Shown here piece by piece: positions 42,201 to 50,906 of a stretch of 64,000 bases of DNA (the stretch's first letter is position 1; the number at the start of each line of letters is the position of its first letter). Made by a program: the position numbers and the translations under genes. The stretch lies in NCBI GenBank assembly GCA_943350765.1, contig CALRAJ010000002.1, positions 72,951-136,950 on the forward strand, read 5' to 3'. This DNA is from Candidatus Tayloriibacteriota bacterium (GTDB lineage: Bacteria > Patescibacteriota > Minisyncoccia > Phycocordibacterales > PALSA-1337). The notes under the pieces are model-generated. The model did no database searches and had not been told where the DNA came from. It saw only the letters and a list, made by a program, of their open reading frames with translations.

Positions 42201-42491
42201 ATCAGAAAAAATCAATCATTTAAACTATCATGGACACAGACTAATCCGTTATACACAGACACTTGTACACATAATGTTACGAGTCCGTCTCTAGCAATTC
42301 CAGAAGAGTTGGGAAAATGGACATCACCATTATTACCTGAAGACATAGGTGTGTCTGGAGATATAGATGGCTTAATTTTAAGTCGCACTGGTAAGTATGT
42401 ATTTTCAATTTCTTGTAATAATGGTGGCGTAGCGTCAGATTCCTCAGTCGAAGTAAATGTCAGTCCATCAGGCTCATTTATAGAATTTTAA
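36255..42491 (+). CDS. Giant secreted protein: LamG-like, Tyr-rich YD/RHS-like repeats, two transglutaminase-like domains, Cys-rich repeats, C-terminal GSFIEF module
   Basis: Signal peptide (VHA-E); KFGTGSL/TIDFWVKP/WNHIAV/GYIDNFRIT; GGGDCEDFA and SGDCEDLA. Confidence 0.8.
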   Translation: MHSVKKSLLSLFFLLNLFLIPTSSVHAEDFLFNFDRGLLDGVGGRVKASNNGDLTYYTGSPLPTISSSEHKFGTGSLFYDPAGGNKHSLIYGLVSSKEISLDGEYTIDFWVKPVEPYAINGQYTFFVIANSNHSNLAMMMEFPWSGGGASPDSKGLIGDYAYTNSQPFFTQREENTPTNTTNLYRSNSSPKFHHPFNGPWNGNGASQFRQKANGVPHKDTAGPIVGQWNHIAVQKKLVSNQPWINVAINGQMGKWIPYFAYPTSGIKYSEIVFGEWHNNTPPFYGYIDNFRITEGTARWRDIPDNGTFTLPTSQDYSGVTISDSDKNKEVQLGAEDFVSNTTSLDNNTYPADGVYTSCPTVVGSGRDSVREEYVQKIDGNPKFTSYFDTNHKLICTLYWAGTSTTTGSKVTKRFEYDTNGQIAREIYYGISGESSDITDIIAYYPKPSGGTRYKEIQNRNGTEYYKRYTTDGKLLYEHEYKNGTYIVSRNYTYNGLGKLLSKLEYYNASKYEKVLYTRDGTGTITRVDSYRAYTPEGTDIANYVHTATTYVGTHVASITNTFFNKNTQSPTALRREVTRYVTAGPTLGTVIDQRTFDYNASDPNLNKQRFTTFIGTDGNTLGKTKTDEEWVGTNYATSSFSYDINTGDLTSWKRTDDDGTKITKQTAYNVKNGLIKQEESATYRNNLSLEKIIRKDYNDEGELIEVYVDDFHESKGFSYRYTKSTKDGLPVSLVRLNESNGRVISEEQYYQNGDIWYKTDYTDSGSNYTATGYYVNKANDFILDQTKTLKPNFEFISQGSSDPLARQKLGARIIADFTDSTLRLQAQGSNEKVAILAVLKAILPRYKIALNAVSVSDPLSEQKRFAIYSAYSDKIRFAIYDIEYRKYSGQGKHLDTDIALGTTVTSWYGLDESNNKFWGIYTKPGATDGKINADTAYVDMDIMNPDLVDRTINASTYDTLANAVKKKEKWDSILSNTGALYLNGDFLLYNISGGSGRYVTLNNLTKESPIVNLTLDRFEEDMEVLGVNLSALGETALINKMYEYFYAKNYFGYLYDLSQTAQTIEQTLTRGGGDCEDFAIFMISLLRNEFTRRGITSTTFGMMIGNVDSRSQAFANSQGVGHASIGVKIDSSYYYLDASFLFLGAGADPTRRAPMGLNSLSSSGETFAGPIGSGNGGWYVKVAHFFPTNGAKVDFYNRVGDQFYDTANIANTPISVDTAVTRVSNISTYIEPYNPLVITLASSTVKTIPDFKNKNTSFVVGSVHSFFAGLAQYAPETGGADVWRGVGQTLPNVINSDGTVRLGANISGDCEDLAFAEASLLENVLLRHYLARGELPVNAVAKAKKNVIIIAEKNYKGIEGRQSHLYVGYLIPKTSATPATVRLIDPQDKSIGEPQPLSDFFNDKYLFYADIENVTAITPYDWSMLSLSSAVSASLTPSVSVNPESVAPDAWVDTNNLTLTTAQIETIAAAERAAQPTTSVIGRIGNFLLKVTGIKDLINSTSVGDFLTKLAIKAGLSLAPTPVSVASTGISLINGLSEIISGEPLVVTPGQIGYSLVNDMGQFVNDFGAAIDSITIGAESGGQISFEAASAQSAFSAGSILPVPEGGVDSFAAASSIEAGMVFVRNESVTLSGGPGENRSYDLRGYDASTNTITITTVEVVGGPALSFNFSTPVISRPPPRPVSCPAGIPLCSSVNTGIIPPLNASFSGAMATCYVDGQAPSCNTRQYNTGWICNAPDYVSNGTPATGCTCININATNRGSVGTCEYGATISCSGGTLPSQPTATNPTGGVGNVGVSSFPAPVGTPSGTILWGYDATAIAGNTSCKWSCASVYTYNTDTKQCDSNTRYSCTEIPATDNNTQNCSNTSVRNTVSSNAHSAFVALCTVSPSTDAQKCEYKCASGFIRGTNTCIVDPSSTCPIAGQVYRLDTLGGGSRICCNLTQINVGGTCLNNTTVISDVNLFAHKNTGGTTYESPGHDDKITIRKNQSFKLSWTQTNPLYTDTCTHNVTSPSLAIPEELGKWTSPLLPEDIGVSGDIDGLILSRTGKYVFSISCNNGGVASDSSVEVNVSPSGSFIEF

Positions 42492-42499
42492 ATAATCAA

Positions 42500-42877
42500 A
42501 TGAAAAAACCATCACAAAAACAAATTATTGAGATACTTATTACAATACTTTTAATAAGTATTGTTGGTATTGTTATTTACTACTTCTTTTTTTATAAGCA
42601 AAGACCAGCACCGCTACACCAGCCAGAGTTTCAGCTATCAGAAAAACAACAAAAGGAAATAGATAGGGCAGTAGAACAGGTAGCCACCGCAGAAGCCACT
42701 CAGGAAAATCTTTTTGCAGAACAAGAAAAACAACTAGATAAAAAAATAAATACAAAGAGAAATATCGATGTTAGGGCGTATAATCAACAGCAGAAAAATA
42801 TAAATCAGTTGCAAAGCTCAATGAATAGGCAAGGGGCTGTACTACCTGGTGGTCGTCTAGATTTTAATCCCCAGTAA
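42500..42877 (+). CDS. Single-TM coiled-coil protein
   Basis: N-terminal TM, Gln-rich coiled coil; 8 bp downstream of the giant gene. Confidence 0.7.
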   Translation: MKKPSQKQIIEILITILLISIVGIVIYYFFFYKQRPAPLHQPEFQLSEKQQKEIDRAVEQVATAEATQENLFAEQEKQLDKKINTKRNIDVRAYNQQQKNINQLQSSMNRQGAVLPGGRLDFNPQ

Positions 42878-42938
42878 AACTGTAAATCAAGGTGCCAAAC
42901 ACTGATAGTAAAAGCCCACGCATGGTGTGTGGTAGTAC

Positions 42939-42967
42939 TTGACTTTATATACAAATGGGTGTATAAT
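42939..42967 (+). promoter_or_regulatory. sigma70-type promoter
   Basis: TTGACT-17-TATAAT. Confidence 0.75.
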
Positions 42968-43014
42968 AAGCTGTTAAGCATAGGAGCGTCCTTCTATGCG
43001 CACTTTTAGATTAT

Positions 43015-43428
43015 ATGAGAAAAAGCTTGTTTTTGATGGTTTGTATCATGGGCATTAGTGTTGTCGGGTGCAAGAGCACTAGCCCACAGCGTGGCTCGAG
43101 TACTATCCTCCCCATCAGGACTACCCCAACAGGGGCAACGGTGCAGACCAACGGGGTGACCGTTGGTGTCTCCCCGCTAGACATTGTCCTGCCGAGAATG
43201 ATTGGTAGGGAAGGCTTGGTCATCAAAATCATCTGTGACGGCTATGAGCCTGTCCTGACCACGGTCGTATCGAGGCTGTCGATGGAAGGGTTTGTATTCC
43301 TCTTCCCGCGTCTGCCTATGGCGATGATACTCGATGTGCCGGCTGGACCAAAGGGCTCGAGCCTCGATCTAATCCCGAGGAGTATAGATATTTCGATGAC
43401 TCCAGTTTCTTTGCCACATGTTGAGTAG
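43015..43428 (+). CDS. PEGA-like domain lipoprotein
   Basis: Lipobox VVGC; TTPTGATV.TNG..VGVSPL...GYEP; GC-rich. Confidence 0.75.
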   Translation: MRKSLFLMVCIMGISVVGCKSTSPQRGSSTILPIRTTPTGATVQTNGVTVGVSPLDIVLPRMIGREGLVIKIICDGYEPVLTTVVSRLSMEGFVFLFPRLPMAMILDVPAGPKGSSLDLIPRSIDISMTPVSLPHVE

Positions 43429-43621
43429 CGAGTTCACTACTTGTCACTTTACATCACCCGCACAACTTCAAGTTGGCGGTTTTTATTTTTTAATTTCATA
43501 ATCCCCCGATTTTTGTACTCAAAAATCGGGGGATTAGGAAAGTTATACACAGTTAAAACAACAGGACTTTTATAAAAAAATGCTACAATTTACTACACTA
43601 ATTTAAGAATACATATTTATT

Positions 43622-44980
43622 ATGATAAAAAATACAGCCTTAGGACTATTTTTATTTTTATTTAGCATTATTGTACTATCTCCGTTTTTAACTTTTGCCC
43701 AGACATCACCAGCATCTACTACCCCAGAAAGTAAGATAACTGCTGTTACTGTAGCCACTGTCAATATCTACGACGCCAAAATTATTTCTCAAAGTGGAAA
43801 TACATTCGCTATTTCCTTCGATATTTCCAACCGAGTCGGTGTGCAGTCTGGTATCAAGTACTCAGTCACACTAGTGAAGCCTAAAACAGGTGATGTTGCT
43901 GATGAACATGTATATAGCGAAGTGTTGGCATTAGGCGAAAACCAAACAATCACAAAGACCATCACATATACAGCGCCAGCATCCGTATCTAGTGGCACAT
44001 ACCAACTCTGGCTCCGAAGCAACAACGACCGAGGTCTCCCTCTAGCCCTAGCCAATCTCGGAAATATCACCATCACATCATCCAATACTCCAAAAGTCGA
44101 TATTCTCGGAGACACCTGCTACCTCACAGTCGATGGAGAGAAGTCTGTCAAGAAATACACCCTGAGACAGGGAGTCGACATTGCGAATACAGAATCATTG
44201 ACCGCTACATGCAAGGTATTCAGTACTATGCCTATTTCAAAAACAACACCGAAAATCTTCCCATTTTTTACCCCCACCTTCGAAACCCATTTTAGAACAT
44301 TGTACGGTGATATTGTTCCTCAAACAGGTGGAGCGACAACTTCGATTGCCATTAGTGCAGGAACATCCACCATATCAGTCAGCCTCCCTAAAGCCTTCAA
44401 GCCACAAGCATACGATGTCCTATTTTCATTAGTCCCTAATAGTTCAGCCAAGGCCACAGTATCAGAATCTAATAAGGTAAACTTTCACTATGTCCTCCGC
44501 GGTCTAAGTGGCACTGTTCAAAACACTGTCTTCGACAAGCTTTCATACAAGAAAGGGGATATAGCCCAACTCCAGATATTTACATCAGAATCCGCTGATA
44601 GTTTTGAACGCTCTCGTGCGGGGTCAGGAACAAAATCAGAGAAACAAAAACTCGATGTCACTGTCACTGATACAGTAGGAATTATATGTGGATCATATTC
44701 AAATAAAGAAACTAGGTTAGATCCACGAGGTAATAATATTGCTATCACTATGCTTGAAGATTGTAATGGGCCAATAGCAAAAGTTACTTTAGGTGCGGCT
44801 GTTGATGATAATTCTGATTTACAAACTCTTGATTCCAAAAGCTTCGAGAATCCACTACCGCTTCCACTGGCTCCTACTCCAGTTAATATAATAAATAAAT
44901 ATACAGTAATATTTTTGGTCGCTGGTTTGTTTATTGTATTAATCGTTTTACTAAAAAAGCGTTTTTATGAAAATAAATAA
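43622..44980 (+). CDS. Secreted, membrane-anchored Ig-like surface protein
   Basis: Signal peptide, Thr/Ser-rich beta domains, C-terminal TM plus KKR. Confidence 0.75.
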   Translation: MIKNTALGLFLFLFSIIVLSPFLTFAQTSPASTTPESKITAVTVATVNIYDAKIISQSGNTFAISFDISNRVGVQSGIKYSVTLVKPKTGDVADEHVYSEVLALGENQTITKTITYTAPASVSSGTYQLWLRSNNDRGLPLALANLGNITITSSNTPKVDILGDTCYLTVDGEKSVKKYTLRQGVDIANTESLTATCKVFSTMPISKTTPKIFPFFTPTFETHFRTLYGDIVPQTGGATTSIAISAGTSTISVSLPKAFKPQAYDVLFSLVPNSSAKATVSESNKVNFHYVLRGLSGTVQNTVFDKLSYKKGDIAQLQIFTSESADSFERSRAGSGTKSEKQKLDVTVTDTVGIICGSYSNKETRLDPRGNNIAITMLEDCNGPIAKVTLGAAVDDNSDLQTLDSKSFENPLPLPLAPTPVNIINKYTVIFLVAGLFIVLIVLLKKRFYENK

Positions 44981-47657
44981 TTTTTTAAAAATTTCACTTT
45001 TTTCTTTTTTCCTTTTGATTGGAGTTTTCTCGGTGGGGGTGGGGGAGGTAAAAGCGGATACGGTAGATCTTTGTTTTGAATATGGAACAGAGATCGTTTC
45101 AGCAGGACCAGGAAGAATAAAAAGAGTACCGCGAATTTGGTGTGTTTCCACTTTCGTATTTAATTTAGATAAAGCTACCTACAATGTCGGTGAACCAATC
45201 GTAATGAGCGGAAGCGCTTCATCAAAAGTGTGCTCTAATCAAGAGGTGGGAATATACGCAAAATATCATATAGATAATTCTAGTGATGTTTCTATTTTTA
45301 GTGGTAGTGGGACTTCTGGTAGTGGTTCAGCAATATATAACGGTAATTTGTTGCCCGGAATTCATAATGCTGTTTTTAGTGCTTGCAATAATTTGACTGG
45401 ATTTTGTACTCAAATAAGCATCCCCTTCACCGTCGTCGCACCCCCACCCCCTCCGCCCATCGTCACTCTGACAGCCACCCCAACATCCGTCCCTATTGGT
45501 GGCTCATCTGTGCTTTCATGGAGTTCAACCAATGCAACACAGTGTACCGCTTCAGGAGATTGGTCAGGTAATGATAAGTCCGTAGCTCCAGGTACACACA
45601 CAGAAAATACTGCTACTTTAAATACTGAAGGTACGGATGCATACAGCTATACACTTACTTGTACTGGTCCAGGCGGTTCGAGAGCTGAAACTGCCAGAGT
45701 AAGTGTTACCGCTCCGCATGTTACTTTGGACCCACCCAATAGCTCGATAATGGCTGGAGAGTCAGTTGATCTTATTTGGTCATCAAAAAATACCACTCTA
45801 TGCACCGCCAGCGCCTCTGGCCCAAATCCCGTTACAAATTGGACTAGTGGAATAAAAAGTCCAAATCCTACTTCAAACTATGTTGTAAATACACCCATAA
45901 ACACAGGTGCTTTGAATACACCGGGCGATCAAACCTACACTATTACCTGTGAGGGTGCTAGTAACGGTGTTGTGGCAGCACCTACTCCAGCCACACCGAT
46001 TATTTTTGATTATGCGACAGCTTCCAATGGTCAAACATCTGCGAATGGCCAGTACACATGGACGGTGCCTGCGGGAGTGACTAGTGTGAAAGTGAAAGCG
46101 TGGGGGGCTGGTGGGGCAGTGGCTAATCTAGGCGCAGGTGGAGGTTATACTGAATCAATAATTACTGTTACACCAGGTGAAAATCTGTCCGTTTTTGTCG
46201 GTGCAGGAGGAGTAAGTAGAAGTATTGACCACGGTGCTGATTATGGCTCTTGTCGTGTATCAATAGTTGGTAGTGGTGGACAGCCTAGTTATCTGTCGCG
46301 TAGCACTTCTATTATTCAAATGGCTGGTGGAGGTGGTGCGGGAGTGACTTCTGGTGCAGGTTGTGTTCCGAATGAATGGGATACAACATCACCGGTCTCA
46401 GTGGTGGGATCTCCGGGTGGTTACGATTATTATGCAGCACTCAGTCAACCGTATCCAAGCCTCCCAGATATAATCAAGGGTAGTGGTGGAGGGTCTAATT
46501 CAGTTCTTGCCCCAGTCTGTCTAGGTTTTGGAACTCCTTGTCATGTATTACCTGCGGTAGTGAAAACAAAAAGTTTCTGGGGTGGTTTAAACTTCTCTCT
46601 ATTGGGAGGCGTTAAAACAAATGCAACTGGCATTACCCCGGCCAATTCAGCTGATGCAAATCGTGGCACTGCTGGTAATACTGAAACGGCAGGTCGCATC
46701 GTGCTCATCCCTCAAAACGGCACTATTCCTCCACCAGTCACACCCACCGTTTCCTCTACAGCTGTCGTGACAGTCAATCGGGTACTACCACCAGAAGCTA
46801 CCCTAGAAACTAGTCGTTTAAGCGTACTACTCAGTGATACATACATCCTATCTTGGAAATCTAAAAATTCGGTCTCATGTGTTGCGGGTGGTACTGAGGG
46901 TGTTTGGACAGCAGATACAAGAGCAAATGGAACGGATACTGAACAAGCGTATAATACGGTGACCAAAACTGCAGGTTCTACAGGAGACAAAAGATATACT
47001 CTTACATGTACGGGTGCAGGTACTACCGGGTCTGTTACAAAAGAGGTGACTGTAAATGTTTATGATCCATCTATATCGTCATGCAGTACTTTGAGTATTA
47101 GTAATACGATTCAATGTCCGTATTCTCAATTAGGACCAGGTAACAGGACAAGTACACTTGAGCCTAGTTGCCCAGTTAATCCAGGTTGTTATTACAGTTG
47201 TAATACTGGTTACAATCTAGTTGCTGGAAGTTGTGTACGCATATCAACCCCCGCTTCAATCGTAACTCTTATGGCTCATAAAAAGATAAGTCAAAATCTT
47301 CTTTATGATGTTGGAAATACTACGGAAATAAAAATCAAAAAGAATCAGCCGTTTAAATTATCATGGACACAGTCTGATGTATCAAATGCTGGTATATGTA
47401 CGCGAAGTACCTTGGGTTCTTTTAAAGCGGGTAATGATACAGGTATAATGAATTACTGGAAAAATCCTTTAACTATACCAGCATCAATTACAAAAACAAT
47501 TAACCTCGATGGCTCTGAGGGTGAAATAGAAGGCTTCAAACTAGAAAATACAGGTACCTATACCTTTAAAATTTCTTGTCAAAAAGCTGGCTACAGAGCC
47601 TCGGAAAAAACAGTAAATGTAGTCGTGGATCCCGCGGGCTCGTTTATAGAATTCTAG
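44967..47657 (+). CDS. Large secreted protein: Ig-like repeats, glycine-rich domain, C-terminal GSFIEF module
   Basis: LSWSSTNATQCTASG repeats, WTVPAGVTSVKVKAWGAGG, Cys-rich segment. Confidence 0.8.
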   Translation: MKINNFLKISLFSFFLLIGVFSVGVGEVKADTVDLCFEYGTEIVSAGPGRIKRVPRIWCVSTFVFNLDKATYNVGEPIVMSGSASSKVCSNQEVGIYAKYHIDNSSDVSIFSGSGTSGSGSAIYNGNLLPGIHNAVFSACNNLTGFCTQISIPFTVVAPPPPPPIVTLTATPTSVPIGGSSVLSWSSTNATQCTASGDWSGNDKSVAPGTHTENTATLNTEGTDAYSYTLTCTGPGGSRAETARVSVTAPHVTLDPPNSSIMAGESVDLIWSSKNTTLCTASASGPNPVTNWTSGIKSPNPTSNYVVNTPINTGALNTPGDQTYTITCEGASNGVVAAPTPATPIIFDYATASNGQTSANGQYTWTVPAGVTSVKVKAWGAGGAVANLGAGGGYTESIITVTPGENLSVFVGAGGVSRSIDHGADYGSCRVSIVGSGGQPSYLSRSTSIIQMAGGGGAGVTSGAGCVPNEWDTTSPVSVVGSPGGYDYYAALSQPYPSLPDIIKGSGGGSNSVLAPVCLGFGTPCHVLPAVVKTKSFWGGLNFSLLGGVKTNATGITPANSADANRGTAGNTETAGRIVLIPQNGTIPPPVTPTVSSTAVVTVNRVLPPEATLETSRLSVLLSDTYILSWKSKNSVSCVAGGTEGVWTADTRANGTDTEQAYNTVTKTAGSTGDKRYTLTCTGAGTTGSVTKEVTVNVYDPSISSCSTLSISNTIQCPYSQLGPGNRTSTLEPSCPVNPGCYYSCNTGYNLVAGSCVRISTPASIVTLMAHKKISQNLLYDVGNTTEIKIKKNQPFKLSWTQSDVSNAGICTRSTLGSFKAGNDTGIMNYWKNPLTIPASITKTINLDGSEGEIEGFKLENTGTYTFKISCQKAGYRASEKTVNVVVDPAGSFIEF

Positions 47658-47740
47658 ATAATTCCATATAACCTTTTTTTAGCAAAATAACCCTATTTCT
47701 AGGGTTATTTTGCTATTATCTTGGCTGTGGATAATTCCAC

Positions 47741-47769
47741 TTGACTTTTATATCATAAAGTAGTATACT
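47741..47769 (+). promoter_or_regulatory. sigma70-type promoter next to a DnaA box (47726-47734)
   Basis: TTGACT-17-TATACT; TGTGGATAA just upstream. Confidence 0.72.
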
Positions 47770-47849
47770 GAGGGGTAGGCGAACCTTGACATCAATGAAG
47801 GTGTTTGAGGTTTCTCGTTGAAACTTTAGTCGGAAGTCGGAGGAAATTT

Positions 47850-48752
47850 ATGTACAAAATAGTTGCCACTTTGGCATTACTCTGTGCATGGACAATCCAT
47901 GCCGCAGAGCTACCCAGCTCTCTGCCTGTCGGAGACGACACGGTGAGAGCCTACAGGATAGCTAGTATCCAAAAACTAGTCATCAATCTCCTTTACTCGC
48001 CTACCCCGACCACAAACGGTCAAATGTGGATAATCGGGTACTACCAGACCAACTATATCGCCACAAACGGTGTGGTGAATATGGTGTATGTGAGAGAGGA
48101 AATCAGAAAGTTCGCGGAGTTGGCTCCTAAAAACTCGACCAATGTGTATGCCATCATTGCGGGCTTCAATTGCTCAGGTGGCGATGGAGCTTACGCAGGA
48201 ATGAACTCAGGTGAGTATTCTTGGATAGTAAATCCTGACGGGAGCTATTCGCTCCCAGCTCAGGCGACCAATGCTCCGCTCGTGGAGTATGATTGGACCA
48301 TAATTACTATTCCAGGTATCACTCAAGCCAGAGTAGAGGTGTATTGGCGGGGAAGGGTTGACTACACATGGGACAGTGAGCCTGGTGGTATCAGCACCCA
48401 GCGCGGTGTCTGCGCCTTTCCCACATGGATGCTGACTAGCGACTACGAAGGGGTTATCACTATCTGGTCAAAGTCTGGCACGCAGACTACCCAAACAAGG
48501 TATGATCTCAAGACTGGACAAAGGGAAGTCCCTCTAGTCCTCTCGTCGCCAGTGATGACCTCGCAGGGTATGAGGTTTGTCATTACGGGAAAAGCGGGTA
48601 AAGATGTGTTTGTTCAGCGTTCCAGCGATTTAAAGGTCTGGAATACTGGGACCAACCTGTCAAACCCGACAGGTACGATCACCTTCGTTGATACAGTGGC
48701 TACAGGTACATGTTCCTATTATCGGGTAGGGTACCTGGAGACATCACAGTGA
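47850..48752 (+). CDS. Secreted orphan protein with Verrucomicrobia-like C-terminal domain
   Basis: GGAGG SD, signal peptide; ends VQRSSDLKVW...TGTITFVD...YYRV. Confidence 0.75.
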   Translation: MYKIVATLALLCAWTIHAAELPSSLPVGDDTVRAYRIASIQKLVINLLYSPTPTTNGQMWIIGYYQTNYIATNGVVNMVYVREEIRKFAELAPKNSTNVYAIIAGFNCSGGDGAYAGMNSGEYSWIVNPDGSYSLPAQATNAPLVEYDWTIITIPGITQARVEVYWRGRVDYTWDSEPGGISTQRGVCAFPTWMLTSDYEGVITIWSKSGTQTTQTRYDLKTGQREVPLVLSSPVMTSQGMRFVITGKAGKDVFVQRSSDLKVWNTGTNLSNPTGTITFVDTVATGTCSYYRVGYLETSQ

Positions 48753-48781
48753 TCCGTCGCACAGGGTTGTGCAGCGGATTT

Positions 48782-48867
48782 TTTATTGCAATTGTGGATT
48801 CATCCCCGACGGCTTGCCGCGGGGATGAATCCGCAAGAATGAGGATGAAGTCGGCGGAGCCGACACT
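48782..48867. repeat. Family C repeat, copy 2
   Basis: Matches 26684-26769. Confidence 0.8.
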
Positions 48868-49127
48868 ACTACATCCGCTCAATTCTGATTGAGCGAGCAG
48901 TAGTCGTATGACGATTCCCCCGAAATTGCAGTAGCAATTTCGGGGGAATCGGATTTTTTTCTGTAAAAAACATAACGGCTCAACAGAGCCATTCTCATCG
49001 GCTAAACCCCGTGTTTAGCCGATGATACTTTTGGGTAAAAAAACATGGTGCCAGAGGTATATACGCCATGGCGTATATACCTCTGGTTTTTTGTAATTCT
49101 GTTTATAATGTGCTACTATATCTATGT

Positions 49128-50654
49128 ATGAAAAAAATAATAACATCTATCGTCGGCGTCTTTGTGTTATCAATAATGCTGTTTCCTCTGGTATCTACCG
49201 CTCAAATCAATCCTCCACCAGAGGATGTAGTATTGCAGGCACAGATAGCATCTCTTTTGGCTCAGATTAAACGCCTACAGGAGCAACTCGCACAGTTGCA
49301 GGGCGGTTCGGGACAGTTTTGTCATGATTTTAATACAAATCTAAAAATATACTCTAGTGGCGATGAGGTTACCGCACTTCAGACGGCTCTTACGAAAGAG
49401 GGTATTACGCTCAATATTTCTGGTTCATTCGATAGATTTACTGAAACTGCTGTCAAATGGTTTCAGGAAAAATATAGTGGTGAAGTACTGACTCCATCAG
49501 GATTAACACGAGGTACAGGCTTTGTGGGTGTTAGTACTCGTGCAAAACTCAATCAGCTTTATAGGTGTGGTAACAGTGGCTCTTCTCTCCGTGTCATCTC
49601 ACCAAACGGTGGCGAGTCATGGCAGTTGGGAACTACGCAGACTATCAGGTGGAATGCTCCGCAGTATTTTAGAGCAACTTACGCAGATATTTCTTTGGTG
49701 CCTTATTATCCAGATAGGGTGTGTACAGGTACAGTGTGTCCAATGGAAGCTCAACAGTCAATGCGGTATCCATATCAAGGACCGTACACGATTGCTAACA
49801 GTGTAAGTATCAATCAGAATTATTATAGCTGGCCTGTGGGTAGGTATATCATAGGCTATGTGGCGCATGGCGAGGTATCAAATCCGACAGGTATTGTTCC
49901 TAATGGTCAATACAAAATAAAAATCTGCGAAACTGGGACATCAAACTGTGATACTAGCGATAATAATTTTACTATCACTGATAGTCCCCAAGCGAGTATT
50001 TTTCCAGCTGTACTAAATCCAGCTGTAGTTTCAGAATACTATCGTCAGGAGCTTACTATAGACAACGCTTCATCAGCAGGTTTATATCTAGCAGCAGGTG
50101 AGCTTCCTCCTGGGCTTCAGATCATATCAATGATTCCGTCTTGTGCTTATCCACCTGCTGGACAAGTAGCCAATACTTGCTCTGGACAATCTACCATTCT
50201 CGGTACGCCAACCACAGCAGGTTACTATACTTTCACTATCTCTAACAGAAACCCAAGTGCATCGAGAACATATACCCTCAGAGTTAGTCCATCAAACAAC
50301 AACAATCGCACTATCAGTGTCATCTCACCAAACGGCGGTGAAACTTGGAGTATGGGATCTGCTCGCCAAATCATCTGGAATTATTTAAATGCTACTTTAG
50401 ATAGTAGGGTAGATATGTATTTACTAACCAATTATGCCTGCCCAACAAATTATTCTCCGACAGAAATCGTTTGTGTGCCAAATGGGGAAAGAGTCCTCGA
50501 TAAAGATATTTCTGCCAGTGCAATCTATAATTGGGTCGTCGGTACAGATACAGTAGGCAATTATGTACCAACAGGAAGCTACAAGGTTAAGATTTGTGTA
50601 GCTGGTACTTCGGATTGTGATACGAGTAATGCTTCGTTCACTATTACAAATTAG
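49128..50654 (+). CDS. Peptidoglycan-binding surface protein with repeated VISPNGGE domains and a putative Ig domain
   Basis: GDEVTALQTAL...TETAVKWFQ...TGFVGVSTRAKLN; two SPNGGE.W repeats; GELPPGL. Confidence 0.82.
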   Translation: MKKIITSIVGVFVLSIMLFPLVSTAQINPPPEDVVLQAQIASLLAQIKRLQEQLAQLQGGSGQFCHDFNTNLKIYSSGDEVTALQTALTKEGITLNISGSFDRFTETAVKWFQEKYSGEVLTPSGLTRGTGFVGVSTRAKLNQLYRCGNSGSSLRVISPNGGESWQLGTTQTIRWNAPQYFRATYADISLVPYYPDRVCTGTVCPMEAQQSMRYPYQGPYTIANSVSINQNYYSWPVGRYIIGYVAHGEVSNPTGIVPNGQYKIKICETGTSNCDTSDNNFTITDSPQASIFPAVLNPAVVSEYYRQELTIDNASSAGLYLAAGELPPGLQIISMIPSCAYPPAGQVANTCSGQSTILGTPTTAGYYTFTISNRNPSASRTYTLRVSPSNNNNRTISVISPNGGETWSMGSARQIIWNYLNATLDSRVDMYLLTNYACPTNYSPTEIVCVPNGERVLDKDISASAIYNWVVGTDTVGNYVPTGSYKVKICVAGTSDCDTSNASFTITN

Positions 50655-50699
50655 GTTACTGGAAAGACGCTTTTTTCCTGTAATTTTTTTCAAGAGCAT

Positions 50700-50840
50700 C
50701 AAATTACGAAATACTGTCGCAGGCGTATCTTTTAAAGGGGGTTCGCAGGCGGGTAGCCGAGATTTCAGGAAAAAATTAGTAAATTTTTATCCGTACCCTT
50801 TAAAAGATATGCCAAGAAAAGTATTTTGTAATTTGGGGTA
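50700..50840. mobile_element. Family B MITE-like element, copy 4 (variant core)
   Basis: AAATTACGAAATAC...GTATTTTGTAATTTGGGGTA. Confidence 0.8.
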
Positions 50841-50906
50841 AGAAAATTAAAAAGTATCGTATCGTATTTGTAATCCAGTCAGCGTTTTGTTATACTTAGG
50901 AGCATT

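Noticed and set aside
42126-47657. Diversity-generating retroelement TR/VR pair
   Set aside because: The two C-terminal regions differ at all base types and by indels rather than only at adenines, and no reverse transcriptase is in the window.
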